From: a virus
Reading direction: 5' to 3' (one strand)
IMG/VR virus record: IMGVR_UViG_3300047508_000198
Span: 1 to 64,000 of that record
Length of the DNA stretch: 64,000 nt
Position 1 is the stretch's first letter. Every line of letters starts with the position of its first letter. The position numbers were made by a program, and so were the translations under genes. The notes under the pieces were generated by a model that made no database searches, had not been told where the DNA came from, and saw only the letters and a program-made list of their open reading frames with translations. Shown in pieces: positions 36,557 through 47,034 of the stretch.

Positions 36557-37171
36557 ATGGACCCCCAGGGCCTTACCCCGCAGACCACGTTCCAGGGCAC
36601 CTGCCCCGAGTGCGGACGGCCAGCCAGCTACCACCCGCTGCCCGGCGGCTACGCGCCCCGGTCGGCGTTCCTGAACGTCACCTGCCGCGACTGCGGCAGC
36701 ACGGTCAGGCTGACCGCCACCGCGTGCACCGTCTGCCATGTGCAGGCCCTGCTGAAGGGCTCCGAGTTCTTCGCGGCCCGCGGCCTGGACTGGCCGATGA
36801 CCGCGGTCCTGACCCCGGCTGGCGGCGCCGTCCGGGTGCACAAGGCCTGCGCGAGCGAAGCTGAGTCAGCCGTCCGGCACGCCGACGACCTGGACATCGA
36901 CGTGGCCGGCATCGGCCGCTGGACCACCAACGACCAGGTGATCCCGGACGACAGCGCCGCGATGCTCATCGCGCTCGGCCTGGCCCAGGGCCTGGACCTC
37001 GGCGCCACCGCCGCCGCCCGTGACACCGAGACCCGCAAGTTCCTCGCGGCCTACCGCGAGCGCATGGCCGGTCACGTGCCAGATGACGAGGAGCTGGCCG
37101 AGATGCGCGCCGCCTTCGGCCCCGGCGCCACCGTCGTGAACGCCATCACCGGACAGGAGACCCAGCTATGA
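36557..37171 (+). CDS. Cys-rich protein with conserved C-terminal EMRAAFGPG.TVVNAITG motif
   Basis: Several CxxC motifs; GAGG RBS. Confidence 0.65.
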   Translation: MDPQGLTPQTTFQGTCPECGRPASYHPLPGGYAPRSAFLNVTCRDCGSTVRLTATACTVCHVQALLKGSEFFAARGLDWPMTAVLTPAGGAVRVHKACASEAESAVRHADDLDIDVAGIGRWTTNDQVIPDDSAAMLIALGLAQGLDLGATAAARDTETRKFLAAYRERMAGHVPDDEELAEMRAAFGPGATVVNAITGQETQL

Positions 37172-37545
37172 ACGACCCACACGACAACCGCGAGGCCGAC
37201 GACGCGATCCTGCGGCGGCTGCAGGCCACCGAGGCCGAGCACGTCCGGCTGACCGCCGACGGCGAGCCCGACGGGTGCTTCTTCATCCCGGCCAAGCCGT
37301 GGAAGGACACCGGCAAGTGGGTGCCCAGCTGGGTCCGGCGTAACCAGCCCGGCCACACCCCGTTCGCGGGCAACGGCCCCTGCGCCGAGCCCTGGTACTG
37401 GGGCAGAAGCTACCAAGAGGCCCAGGAGACCGCCACCCGGGAGAACGCCAAGCTGGGCATCAGCCCGGTGCAGGCTGCCGCGATCATCCTGTCCAGCGTC
37501 CGGGCCTCCCGGCACGTCGGTACCGAAGCGGACTTCACCTCATGA
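37168..37545 (+). CDS. Hypothetical protein
   Basis: ATGA coupling. Confidence 0.55.
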   Translation: MNDPHDNREADDAILRRLQATEAEHVRLTADGEPDGCFFIPAKPWKDTGKWVPSWVRRNQPGHTPFAGNGPCAEPWYWGRSYQEAQETATRENAKLGISPVQAAAIILSSVRASRHVGTEADFTS

Positions 37546-38198
37546 CCGGCGAGCACCGGCCCGACAGCCCGCTGTGCCGGTACTGCTGGCGGCACATCTT
37601 CATCGAGGGCCTGGGCCGGCACTCCGGCCAGTGGATCCTGGTCATGAAGGAGTACGACCACACCGAGTGCTGCGACGCCCGCGGCGACGGGGCCGTGCTG
37701 TCCACCCTGCCGCACGTGCCTTGCGAGGTGCAGGCCGTCACCATCGAGCGGCTGATCGAGCTGGCCGCCCGGGAGATCAGCGTGCCGGGCAGCTTCCGGG
37801 ACACCGACATGGCCCATGACGCCGCGCTGGTCTGGCTGATCACCGCGGCGGCCGGACTGAGCCGCGAGGACGAGGACTACGTGTTCGCGGCGATCATGCG
37901 GGCCGCCTACGACACCCGCGGCCGGGACTTCCAGAAGGCCGCCTACCGGTACCGGGCGCTGGATCCCTGGGACCAGTACTGGCAGGCGCGCAAGCGCCAG
38001 CTGGCGCTGGACCGGGACCTCCCGCCGGTCATTACCCGGCAGGAGTCCGACGCGCGCATGACGGCCTGGGTGGCCGCCGGGCGCCTCGGCCACGAGTTCA
38101 CCCGGCCGGGCGAGACGCTGTGCCGCATCTGCGGCAGCCGCATAGACGGCATCCAGCACAATGAGGAAAGGTGGCCCCGCGATGGCCAGCCCCGTTAG
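37542..38198 (+). CDS. Hypothetical protein
   Basis: ATGA coupling; CxxC motifs. Confidence 0.55.
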   Translation: MTGEHRPDSPLCRYCWRHIFIEGLGRHSGQWILVMKEYDHTECCDARGDGAVLSTLPHVPCEVQAVTIERLIELAAREISVPGSFRDTDMAHDAALVWLITAAAGLSREDEDYVFAAIMRAAYDTRGRDFQKAAYRYRALDPWDQYWQARKRQLALDRDLPPVITRQESDARMTAWVAAGRLGHEFTRPGETLCRICGSRIDGIQHNEERWPRDGQPR

Positions 38199-38705
38199 CC
38201 GCACCCCGCTGACCGGGCAGCCGCTGGAGCAGCCCGACCCGCCGCCGCTGCGGGTAAACGCGGTTTTCGACAAGGACCAGCCCTGCACCGAGCACCATGC
38301 CCCGTTCACCGGGGACATCCCCTGCACGGGCGTGCTGCGGTGCACGCTGTGCCTGACCGAGTGGGACCCGGACACCGGGCGCCTGCTGCCGCCCAGGAGG
38401 GCCGTGTGATGCCGACCGGACCCGAGCACTACGCCCTGTCCGAGGGGCACCTGGCGCAGGCCCGCGAGCACCACGACGTCCGCCCGGAGGAATCAGCCTG
38501 GCACCAGCGCCAAGCCGCGGTGCACGCCGAGCTGGCCCTGGTCGCCTGGCACGCCGCGGGCATCTTCGACCGCTCCGGCTGGATGAAGGCCACCATCACC
38601 GTGCCCGCGGATCCCGGGCCAGAGGGACCGCCGAGGGTCCACGACATCCACGGCGGGCCCGGGGAAGACTGCTGGTGCGGCTATGTCGGCCACTGAAGGA
38701 CGGCC

Positions 38706-38969
38706 ATGAGGCCGGCCCAGCCGCCCTTCCTCGGCGGCGACAAGGCCGAGGTGGTCGAGCACGACCCGGCCACCCGGCGGCCGGTAGCGGGCGGCAAGGT
38801 CATCCCGGTGACCGTCGTCGACCTGACCGACGGCGACTTCACCTGGCTGTTCATCCGGGTCCGGATGCCGGACGGCGGGCACGCCGTGTTCTGGCGGAAC
38901 TCGCGCTTCCTGCGCTGGCCGCAGATCGAATGCCGGTGGCGGCTGGAGGCGGTCAGCGATGCCAGCTGA
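38706..38969 (+). CDS. Hypothetical protein
   Basis: AAGGA RBS. Confidence 0.5.
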   Translation: MRPAQPPFLGGDKAEVVEHDPATRRPVAGGKVIPVTVVDLTDGDFTWLFIRVRMPDGGHAVFWRNSRFLRWPQIECRWRLEAVSDAS

Positions 38970-39246
38970 GCCGGACCTGAGCGCCATCCGGGAGGCGCTG
39001 GCCATGGCCGGCTACCACAACGGCCGGGTCCAGTCCTCCGCCATGCAGGCCACGATCTTGCTGAGCGCCTACGAGGGGACGATCGCCGACGACGAGGTGC
39101 CGCTGTGCCCGCCCGGCGACCCGGCCTGGTTCCAGCAGGCCGTCACCGTCCTTGAACAGGCTGACCAGGAATGCGCCCGGCTCAAGGTGCAGCTCCTCAC
39201 CGCCCAGCTCCGGATCCTCCAGCTGATGCTCGCGGGCAAGCCCGAT

Positions 39247-39275
39247 TTGGAGTTATCAAGGTTTATTGATATTCT
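39247..39275 (+). promoter_or_regulatory. SigA-type promoter with operator, inside ORF 38959-40041
   Basis: TTGGAG-TTATCAAGGTTTATTGA-TATTCT. Confidence 0.7.
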
Positions 39276-39309
39276 GGTGCCAGACACCGAGACACACCAG
39301 GAGACACCG

Positions 39310-40041
39310 ATGACCACAGGACCCGCCCCCAAGCTGCTCGACCGGGTACGCAAGCTGCTCGCCAAGGCCGAGGCCGAGGGCGTCACCCCGCCGGAGGCCG
39401 AGGCCCTGACCGCCAAGGCGGCCGAGCTGATGGCCCGCTACGGCATCGACCGGGCCCGCCTCGGCGCACACTCGCAGCAGGACCGGCCCGGCAACCGGAT
39501 CATCGACATCGACAACCCGTGGGCCCAGGTCCGCGCCCACCTGCTGGCCGGCCTGGCCGGGGCGATGAACTGCCAGTGCGTGCTGCTGAGCACGAGCAAG
39601 CCCGGCGCCCGGATCCACGTCTTCGGCTACGCCTCCGACCTGGAGCGCGCCGACATCATGTACACCTCGCTGCTGCTCCAGATGGCCAGCGCGCTGCGCA
39701 AGACGGCCGTCCCGATTGGCGTCCGCAGCGTCCGGGCCTGGCGCCGGAGCTTCCTGCTCGGCTTCGTCACCGCGGTCATCCTCCGGGTCAAGTCAGCCGA
39801 GGAACGCGCCCGCGGCGTGGCCAAGACCGAGGACTACGGCAAGGACGGGCCGAGCACCGCGCTGGTGCTGGCCGACCGCGCCGTGGTCATCCGCACCCAG
39901 CTGCAGCAGGCCTACCCGACCACCCGGCGAACCCGGATCACCTACTCCGGCCGCGGCTACAGCTCCGGCTACGCCCAGGGCCAGCGGGCCGACATCGGCC
40001 AGTCCGGGCTGAAGTCCACGCGGGCCCTGGGCCGGGGCTGA
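39310..40041 (+). CDS. DUF2786-domain protein
   Basis: KLLDRVRKLLAKAE...EAEALTAKAAELMARYGID and RRSFLLGF; AGGAG RBS before ATG 39310; in frame with an upstream extension from 38959. Confidence 0.8.
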   Translation: MTTGPAPKLLDRVRKLLAKAEAEGVTPPEAEALTAKAAELMARYGIDRARLGAHSQQDRPGNRIIDIDNPWAQVRAHLLAGLAGAMNCQCVLLSTSKPGARIHVFGYASDLERADIMYTSLLLQMASALRKTAVPIGVRSVRAWRRSFLLGFVTAVILRVKSAEERARGVAKTEDYGKDGPSTALVLADRAVVIRTQLQQAYPTTRRTRITYSGRGYSSGYAQGQRADIGQSGLKSTRALGRG

Positions 40042-40042
40042 G

Positions 40043-40339
40043 ATGGCCGTCCAGGAGCTAAACGCGGCCCAGCTACGCGAGCGCATCGTGCGGGAGAACC
40101 CGCACGAGCATGACATCGTGCTGGAGATCATCAACAAGTGGCTGGGCCGCGGTGACGGCATCGCCGTCTACGTGAACGATCACCCCGGCGCCACGCTGCA
40201 CGGCGAGAGCATGTACGTCTCGTACGGGTCCGACCAGGCCATCCTGACGGCCAGCGAGGCGCCCGAGCGGCTCGTCCCCGATTCCCGCTACGAGCTAGTC
40301 GCCACCTACCGCGGCGAGCCCCTGAAGGAGGAGCCATGA
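40043..40339 (+). CDS. Hypothetical phage protein
   Basis: Operon continuity; WLGRGDGIAVY.N motif. Confidence 0.55.
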   Translation: MAVQELNAAQLRERIVRENPHEHDIVLEIINKWLGRGDGIAVYVNDHPGATLHGESMYVSYGSDQAILTASEAPERLVPDSRYELVATYRGEPLKEEP

Positions 40340-40526
40340 AGCCGCCCGCCCGGCGCTGGGATCCGGTCCTGGCGATGAGCGGCGCGCCGGACGCGGCCGT
40401 CGTGCAGGGACCGTGCCCGGATCACGGCCACGTCCTCGTGCAGTACTGCGAGGTCTTCACCCAGGACCTGCAGCCCGGCCTCGTGGGCGTCTTCCAGCTG
40501 ATCGTCAGCATGAACTGAGGGATGAC

Positions 40527-41204
40527 ATGACCACGTACCTGACCCTGGAGCAGGCCCGCGAGGCCGCCGCCGACGCGTGGGCCCTCGGCGAGCTGATCGG
40601 CGTGCCGTACGGGCGCTGGTCGGGCAAGTGCCACGAGGTCTCGTTCCAGCTGCTGTCCACCGGGCGATTCGGCCCTGGGCGCGTCGCCCGGGGCTGGTCC
40701 CCGGCCGTCATCGGGCAGCACAGCTGGATCGTGCTCGGGCCCGACGTCTACGCCTCCGACGCGGTAATCGTCGACCCCACCATCACGCCGTACCTGCGCA
40801 AGCACGGCATGGCCGGGACCAACCGACCAGGCGGCCTGCCGGACATCCAGGTGGAATACGCCCACGACCTGAGCCACCGGGCGCACGGCCACGGCTCGAT
40901 CTGGGAGGGCCAGAACAAGCCGTGCCCGGGAGGCGGCCCGATCATCGAGCTGACGCCCGGCTTCGAGCTGTCAGAAGCCGCGAAGTTCTTCCTGAGCGAG
41001 GACATCCTCGGCCCGCTAGACCGGCGCGGCTGGGGCCAGCTCGCCAACGGGCCCATGCAAGAGTGGCCGGCCGCGGAGATCATCAGGGCGATGTACGACA
41101 CGCCTGAGCTGAAGATGCTGGTGCCGGTCGACATCATCGGCATGCTGACCGATCACAATCCCGGCAAGTGCTACCTGACCGAAGACCTGGAGCTGAGACC
41201 ATGA
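40527..41204 (+). CDS. Hypothetical protein, possibly transglutaminase/papain-like
   Basis: GKCHEVS...QHSWIV...IVDPT fits Cys-His-Asp triad order. Confidence 0.5.
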   Translation: MTTYLTLEQAREAAADAWALGELIGVPYGRWSGKCHEVSFQLLSTGRFGPGRVARGWSPAVIGQHSWIVLGPDVYASDAVIVDPTITPYLRKHGMAGTNRPGGLPDIQVEYAHDLSHRAHGHGSIWEGQNKPCPGGGPIIELTPGFELSEAAKFFLSEDILGPLDRRGWGQLANGPMQEWPAAEIIRAMYDTPELKMLVPVDIIGMLTDHNPGKCYLTEDLELRP

Positions 41205-41782
41205 AAGCCGAGCGGCGGATGAAGCCGGAGTGGGGGATCACGCTCGATGGCGTGTGGATCCCCTACTCCATGCTGGAGGAGCTGGCCGACCAGGGCGAGT
41301 GGGATTCCCAGCTCGGGCCCGGCTCCGCCTACATCCGGCCGAACCGGGACCAGCAGCGGGTCCTGGTCGCGCACCAGCTGGCCGTCAAGGAGACCCGCGG
41401 CGGGCTGCACCGCGGCCCCGGGCTGCAGGCCCTCATCAGCGCCGTGGAGTTCCCCTCCTTCGCCCAGATGTCCACCGGAGCCTACGTGGCCCGGCCTCCC
41501 GCCCCGGAGATCGTCCAGGCCCGCCAGTGGCTCACCGGGACTGACCCGGAGGAGCTGGCGGAGTGGTGTGAGGGCTGGACCTACACCGGCACCCAGCACG
41601 GGCACACCAGCCCGCCCTGGGCCGAGCACACCTGCCTGAACCTGGAGGTCCGCGAGAACAGCCCGAAGGGCCACGCCGACCCGGGCGACTGGATCGTCCG
41701 GTACGAGGACGGCACCTACACGATCATCCCGCCGGGGGAGTTCACCGCGAGCTTCGACCCGTACCCGGGTAACGGTTCGTGA
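41201..41782 (+). CDS. Hypothetical phage protein
   Basis: ATGA coupling; ADPGDWIVR...F...FDP C-terminal motif common in phages. Confidence 0.55.
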   Translation: MKAERRMKPEWGITLDGVWIPYSMLEELADQGEWDSQLGPGSAYIRPNRDQQRVLVAHQLAVKETRGGLHRGPGLQALISAVEFPSFAQMSTGAYVARPPAPEIVQARQWLTGTDPEELAEWCEGWTYTGTQHGHTSPPWAEHTCLNLEVRENSPKGHADPGDWIVRYEDGTYTIIPPGEFTASFDPYPGNGS

Positions 41783-42293
41783 GTAAACGTGAGTTCACCA
41801 CCTGCACCCCGGACACGCACGGGGCCACCGGCAACCGGGTCTGGGACGTCGACTTCCGGAGCTGGCGCTGCCGGGGCTGCGGGCACCGCTGCGCCACCAA
41901 CGGCCGGAAGCCGAAGCAGACCCGGTACATGTGGCCGTGGAAGTGGCCGCGCGAGCTGGCCCGGCGCGCGTGGGCCCGGACGGTCACCGACCCGCCGCCG
42001 GAGCCTCGCCTCCGCCGCCCGCGGTCATTACCTCAGCTGGGGCTGGATCGTCCTGCCGGTCGCCTGCGGGATCCTCGGCGCGGTGCTCTGGACCCTGCTG
42101 TGATCAGGCGATCGGGCCGCCCGGTCCCCGGCCGTACACCCCGCCCAGCGCCACCGAAATGCCGATGAAAACGATGATGGACGCCAGGGCGTGGATCACG
42201 GTGATGTGACCGAACCACACCACCACGCCCCAGATGACGATGATGATGCCGACCAGGATGGACACGACCCAGACGTTCCTCATGACATGCCTC

Positions 42294-43403
42294 CTACAGC
42301 ACGGCCAGCTCTGCTGCCTCGCCGAGCATCCCGGCCCCGGCAGCAGCCCCGCCGCCGGCGCCGGGAATCTTGTTGATCAGGGCCTTGCCCAGGCCGTACT
42401 CGCCCAGGCCCATGCCGTGGCCGCCGTCCCCGCCGCTGTCGCCGGGACTGGCGTTAGTGCCCGCGCTGGGCGCCCAGGGCTCGTCGCTTATCACGCTGCT
42501 GGCCATGTCGGCCTGGCGCAGGTAGGAGCCGACCACGCGGCGCGCCACCCGGCGGCACTCCGACGGCGCCAGGTACGGGTTGGAGGCCTGCACCGTGGCA
42601 GCGACCGCCTCGACCTGACGGCGCACCGGGTCCTTGCGCGCGGCCGTGACGGCCTGGTCGGGCGTCGTGTCGTACCCGGCCGTGCCGGTGCCGCCCTGCA
42701 GCCCGGTGCCCGCTGACGTCGCCTGGGTGCCCGACTGCAGGCCGCCGGGCTTCATGCCGTCCGGGGTCGAGGTCGCGCCGCCCACGCCCGCGGGCAGGCC
42801 CGCGCTCATCGGCGCACCGGAAGGCGGCGAGCCCGAGGTCACGTCCGCGGTCGCGCGCATGCACAGGCAGGCGCCCGGCTTGTCCTTGCAGCTCTTGCAC
42901 CGGCCGCTCTTCTTGGTGAGCCTGCTGCCGCACCGGCACAGGCCCGCGGTGGCGCCCATCTCCGGCGCCGGGATCTCGGGAGCCTGCGGGGTGACCACCT
43001 GGGGCGCCGGGCCGCCAGGAGCGCCCTGGGGGATCTCGGCGTAGCCGTGGCTGTAGTCCGGGCCCTCGTCGTGCTCGTAGCCCTCAGCGGGCCCTGAGCC
43101 GAAGCTCTGGCCGGCCTGCAGCACCGGGGCCACCGGGTCGACACCCTCGGGCAGCGCCTCCTTCAGCAGGGCGTAGCGGCGCCGGGCGGTCTCTTCCAGC
43201 TCCTCGGCGGGCAGGCCGCACGCGGCGGCTACCCGCTCGATCCGCTCGGCCGCAAAGGCCAGCCGGTGCTCCAGCTCGCGAGCCGAGCGGGACTGGAACA
43301 GGAACGCGTAGACCGGCAGCATCTCGGCGTCGGCCCGGTCCAGGCTTGCCTCGCGCGCCTCCAGGTCGTGATCGGCGCTCGCCTCGTGCCACAAATCCGA
43401 CAT
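42294..43403 (-). CDS. Putative head-associated structural protein (369 aa)
   Basis: GGGAGG RBS; candidate late motif upstream; RQA/TA linker motifs. Confidence 0.65.
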   Translation of the reverse strand: MSDLWHEASADHDLEAREASLDRADAEMLPVYAFLFQSRSARELEHRLAFAAERIERVAAACGLPAEELEETARRRYALLKEALPEGVDPVAPVLQAGQSFGSGPAEGYEHDEGPDYSHGYAEIPQGAPGGPAPQVVTPQAPEIPAPEMGATAGLCRCGSRLTKKSGRCKSCKDKPGACLCMRATADVTSGSPPSGAPMSAGLPAGVGGATSTPDGMKPGGLQSGTQATSAGTGLQGGTGTAGYDTTPDQAVTAARKDPVRRQVEAVAATVQASNPYLAPSECRRVARRVVGSYLRQADMASSVISDEPWAPSAGTNASPGDSGGDGGHGMGLGEYGLGKALINKIPGAGGGAAAGAGMLGEAAELAVL

Positions 43404-43440
43404 GCTCTGCCTCCCTGGGCGTCCTACTTCTTCCCAGGGG

Positions 43441-45509
43441 GCAGAGCCATGCCTGCCGCGCCATGCACTGCCGATCTATGCCGAGAGCCGCCATACGATG
43501 CCGAGACGGCCACGCCATGCCGAGCCTTGCCGGTCCTTGCGAGGCCGCGCCGTGCGATGACTGCCACGCCTCACCCAGCCCCGCTTCGCCTCTCCAGGCA
43601 AGGGATGCCATGCGGCGACTGCCGGGCCTGGCCGGGCCGTGCCATACCGAGCGATGACTGCCGGGCCTGGCCTAGCCATGCTGCGCCCTGCCTGGACTGG
43701 ACAGGCCACGCCGAGACTGCCATGCAACGCCGGGCCCAGCTGCGACTAGCCGGGCCTAGACAGGACTGCCAGGCCAAGCCCACCGTTGCCACGCCACGCG
43801 TGTCCGGCCTGGCCATGCCGAGCCGTACCCTGACACGCCTAGCCAACCGAGCCCTGCCGTGCCTCGACTGCCCAGCCCGGCCTTGCCCAGACGTCAATGC
43901 CAAACCTAGCCAGGCGGGCCGTAGCCTGCCGAGCAAAGCTGTGCTGCGCCTACGCTAGCCGAGCCGAGCCCTGCCTAGACCGCCCGGCCAGGCCACGCCG
44001 TGCCCAGCACTGGCTAGCCGTGCCCGGACAAGCCGCGACCGTCCATGCCCCGACTGCCTCGCCGAGTCATGCCTCACCCGGCCGCGCCCTGCGCTGACTG
44101 CCCCGCAACGCCTATCCCAGCCATCCCGCGCCGCGACGGCCTCGCTGAGACGAGCCTCGCTATGCCGCGCCCTGCGCTAACTGCCTCACCTCGATTTGAC
44201 GCGCCTGGCCCCGCCGAGCCACGCCGTCCCTTGACTGCCAGGCCACGCCGTACCCTGACTAGCCCAGACGGGCCTCGCCTTGCCTCGACTGCCGTGCCAC
44301 GCCCCGCCTAGCAAAGCACACGATGCCCCGCGATGCGCCGACTGCCCTGCCTTCCGTGCCGGGCCGAGCATCCCGGGCCCAGCCATTCCGAGCCCCGCGT
44401 TGCGACGACTGCCCGGCTAAGCCAGGCCTTGCAACGCCGGTCCTTGCCAGGCCTCTCCCGGCCTGGCCCAGACTGCCTTGCCGAGCCAGGCCCCGCCGAG
44501 CTGCGCCTACCCTGGCCTAGCCAATCCAGCCATGCCGAGCCGAGCCGCGCCAAGCCAAGATTGGCCTAGCCCTGACTGCCGGGCCAAGCCACGCGACGAC
44601 ATACTGCGCCCTGACCTGACTGCCTGGCTGAGCCGTACCGAGCCAGGCCGGACCATGCCTCGACTGCCGAGCCACGCCATGACCTGGCTGCCGATCCTCG
44701 CCTGGACGCGCTGCGCCGTAGGTAGCCCGGCCTGTCCATGGCAGCCGAACCGGGCTGTGCCGCGCCTAGCCACTCGGTGCCCCGCGCCGCCTCGACTGCC
44801 GCGCCTAGCCACGCCTTGCCTAATCACCCATGCCGCGCCGCGCCACGACGGCCGGACCATACTGCGCCGTCCATGCTGGGCAACACCGGGCTGTGCCGCA
44901 CGATGCCCTGACTGCCTGGCCGAGCCGTGAAGCCCCTGCTTCGCCTTGACGGCCGAGACCGGCCGAGCCATGCACTGACTACAACGCCGCGCCTTGACTG
45001 CTGTGCCAAGCCTTGCCCTGCCCGGACAAGCCACCCGATGCCTTGACTGCCTCACCACACCTTGCCTCGCCCAGCCTTCCCAGACCGCGCCTTGACTGCC
45101 GTGCCGGGCGACGCTATCCAAGCCATGCCCTGCTCAGCCAACCCAGGCCGAGCCTTGACGGCCTCGCCCCGCTGTACGAACAGCACCATGCGCCGACGGC
45201 CACGCCGAGCCGGGCTGCTCCGGGCCAAGCAACGACCAGCCCTGAGCTGCCAAGACTGCCCTGCCTAGCCGCGCAAAGCCACTCCTTGCCCCGCCTCGCC
45301 GCGAGACACCACGCGACGCCGAGACTGCCGCGCTAAGCCAAACCACGCCCGTCCCAGCGGTCGATGCTTCGCCATGCCTTGACGGCCCTGCACTGCCGCA
45401 CCCCGACCAGCCCAGACTGGCCTCGCCCAGGCTGGCCGGGCCTGGACTGCCTGGCCGCGCCAGGCCGCGCCGTGACGCAACCAGCCACGTCACGGCCCGG
45501 CCTGACGGC
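43441..45509 (-). repeat. GGC-NN pentamer array 3 (about 35-40 units), directly downstream of the Cas7-like operon
   Basis: Same grammar; separators at about 43505, 43559, 43617, 43656, 43715, 43764 ... 44233, 44287, 44574, 44618, 44662 ... 45445, 45504. Confidence 0.88.
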
Positions 45510-45986
45510 TTAGGCCTCGTCGCCAACGGCGAGAGGGCCGTCATCTTCCTCGACATCCATGGTCCGGCGGACCATGGCGATGAACTCGCTGAACATGCGG
45601 TAGCGGCGCTGCATGTTCCGCCAGTCCACTTCCATCTGGCGCCGCACCTGGGCGGTCAGCACCTCATCCCGCTGGATCTCGTCCAGCGGCACGTACGAGC
45701 GCCCCGGCACGCCAGCGGCGTGCACCGAGTGGAACACCCGGATGGACTGCACCTCACTGCGCTTGTCGATGTACTGCTCGCGCACCACGCGAACCAGCTG
45801 CCGGGCCTGCTGCAGCCGGTACTTGCGCGCGGCGACATCGTTGTTCCACTCGAACCGGCTGTGCAGCGGGTGACCCTCGGCGGCGGCGGCCGAGACAATG
45901 GCCGCCGCCGTCAGGATGCCGCCGTTCTCCTCGCGGATCTGCAGCAGCTCGGTTTCGAGCTGGCTAGGAGCCTGATCCGGCGCCAT
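45510..45986 (-). CDS. Accessory protein coupled to the Cas7-like gene (158 aa)
   Basis: GILTAAAIV.AA....HPLHSRFEWNNDVAARKYRLQQARQL resembles a phage family of unknown function; overlaps the Cas7-like stop by 23 nt. Confidence 0.75.
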   Translation of the reverse strand: MAPDQAPSQLETELLQIREENGGILTAAAIVSAAAAEGHPLHSRFEWNNDVAARKYRLQQARQLVRVVREQYIDKRSEVQSIRVFHSVHAAGVPGRSYVPLDEIQRDEVLTAQVRRQMEVDWRNMQRRYRMFSEFIAMVRRTMDVEEDDGPLAVGDEA

Positions 45987-46956
45987 CGCCGGCCTCAGCA
46001 GCCATCGCAGCGCGGTCCTCCGCGGTCAGGCCGCGGTCGGGACCGGGCTCCTTGTCCTTGACCGGCTTGGCCTCGGGCTCGGGCTCGGGCTCCTCGGCCA
46101 GGACCTCCGGCGGGGCGTCCAGCTCGGCGAAGTCGTCCATCGTCAGATGGTCTTCCTCGCCGTAGACGTCGTAGTCCACCGAGTCCAGCAGGTACATCGG
46201 GTCCAGCTCGCGGACCACGGTGACGGCGTTGCGGCCGTCGGCGATCCGGAACGTGCCGAATTCCCCGTTCCGCTCGGGCCGCCACTCGCCGACGCCGACA
46301 TTGCCGCCGCCCGCCTCGATCAGCGAGACCACCGAGTCCCGCTCCAGCAGGTTGGAGGTGTAGCCCACCATCAAGGTGGCGCTCCACCGGTAGAAGCAGC
46401 CGCGGTACCGCAGGTCCGCGGGGTGGTTGACGCCGGCCAGGCGCACGTAGTCCTCGCGCATCCGGGGGCGGCCGTCGAGCACGACCATCCGGCCGGCCTC
46501 GCTCGGCACGCTGACGCCGTAGAACGTCAGGAACTGGCGAAGCTCGGTCATCTTCACCTGCTTGCCCCAGAACCGCCCGGCCCCGATAGTCGCCATCTTG
46601 AAGGCCATGGCGGGCAGGCCGAACAGCACCTCCTCGGTCGCCGGGTCGACGCCCGCACGGTAGAGGCTGGCCAGGTACTCGCGGTGCGGGTCACGCTTCT
46701 CCGGCTGGCGCTTCTTGCCCTGCTGGGCGGCCAGCATCTGGGCCTTGGCCTTCTCGGAGAACCGGCTGACGATCAGCGGCGCGGTGCCGATGATCCGGAT
46801 GGCGAGCAGCTCCTGCCGGATCGGCTTGATGGTCAGCGCCGCGGCCGGAGCCGGGGCAGATGCCGTCGTGCGCCGCTTGACGGCTGGCTTGGCGTCGGCT
46901 CCGTTCGTACCGGTGGCGGTAGCCGCCGGGTCATCCTTAACCTGTGTTCCAGGCAT
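45964..46956 (-). CDS. Stand-alone Cas7/RAMP-like RNA-binding protein (330 aa)
   Basis: RAMP motif order: IRIIGTAPLIV, GLPAMAFKMA helix, thumb-like REDYVRL...DLRYR, WSATLMVGY, and Gly-rich loop GGNVGVGEWRPERNGEFGTF; GAGGAGGG RBS. Confidence 0.7.
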   Translation of the reverse strand: MPGTQVKDDPAATATGTNGADAKPAVKRRTTASAPAPAAALTIKPIRQELLAIRIIGTAPLIVSRFSEKAKAQMLAAQQGKKRQPEKRDPHREYLASLYRAGVDPATEEVLFGLPAMAFKMATIGAGRFWGKQVKMTELRQFLTFYGVSVPSEAGRMVVLDGRPRMREDYVRLAGVNHPADLRYRGCFYRWSATLMVGYTSNLLERDSVVSLIEAGGGNVGVGEWRPERNGEFGTFRIADGRNAVTVVRELDPMYLLDSVDYDVYGEEDHLTMDDFAELDAPPEVLAEEPEPEPEAKPVKDKEPGPDRGLTAEDRAAMAAEAGDGAGSGS

Positions 46957-47034
46957 GGTTCAGTCCCTCCTCGGGGGAGTGAATCGTGTCGCGGCCCCCG
47001 CCTCCTTACCAGGTCGGGGGCCGCCTTGGCCTTG

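Noticed and set aside
43441-45509. Canonical CRISPR array
   Set aside because: No 23-47 nt identical repeats with unique spacers; the only constants are GGC every 5 nt and a 7-nt separator; no cas1/cas2 in the window
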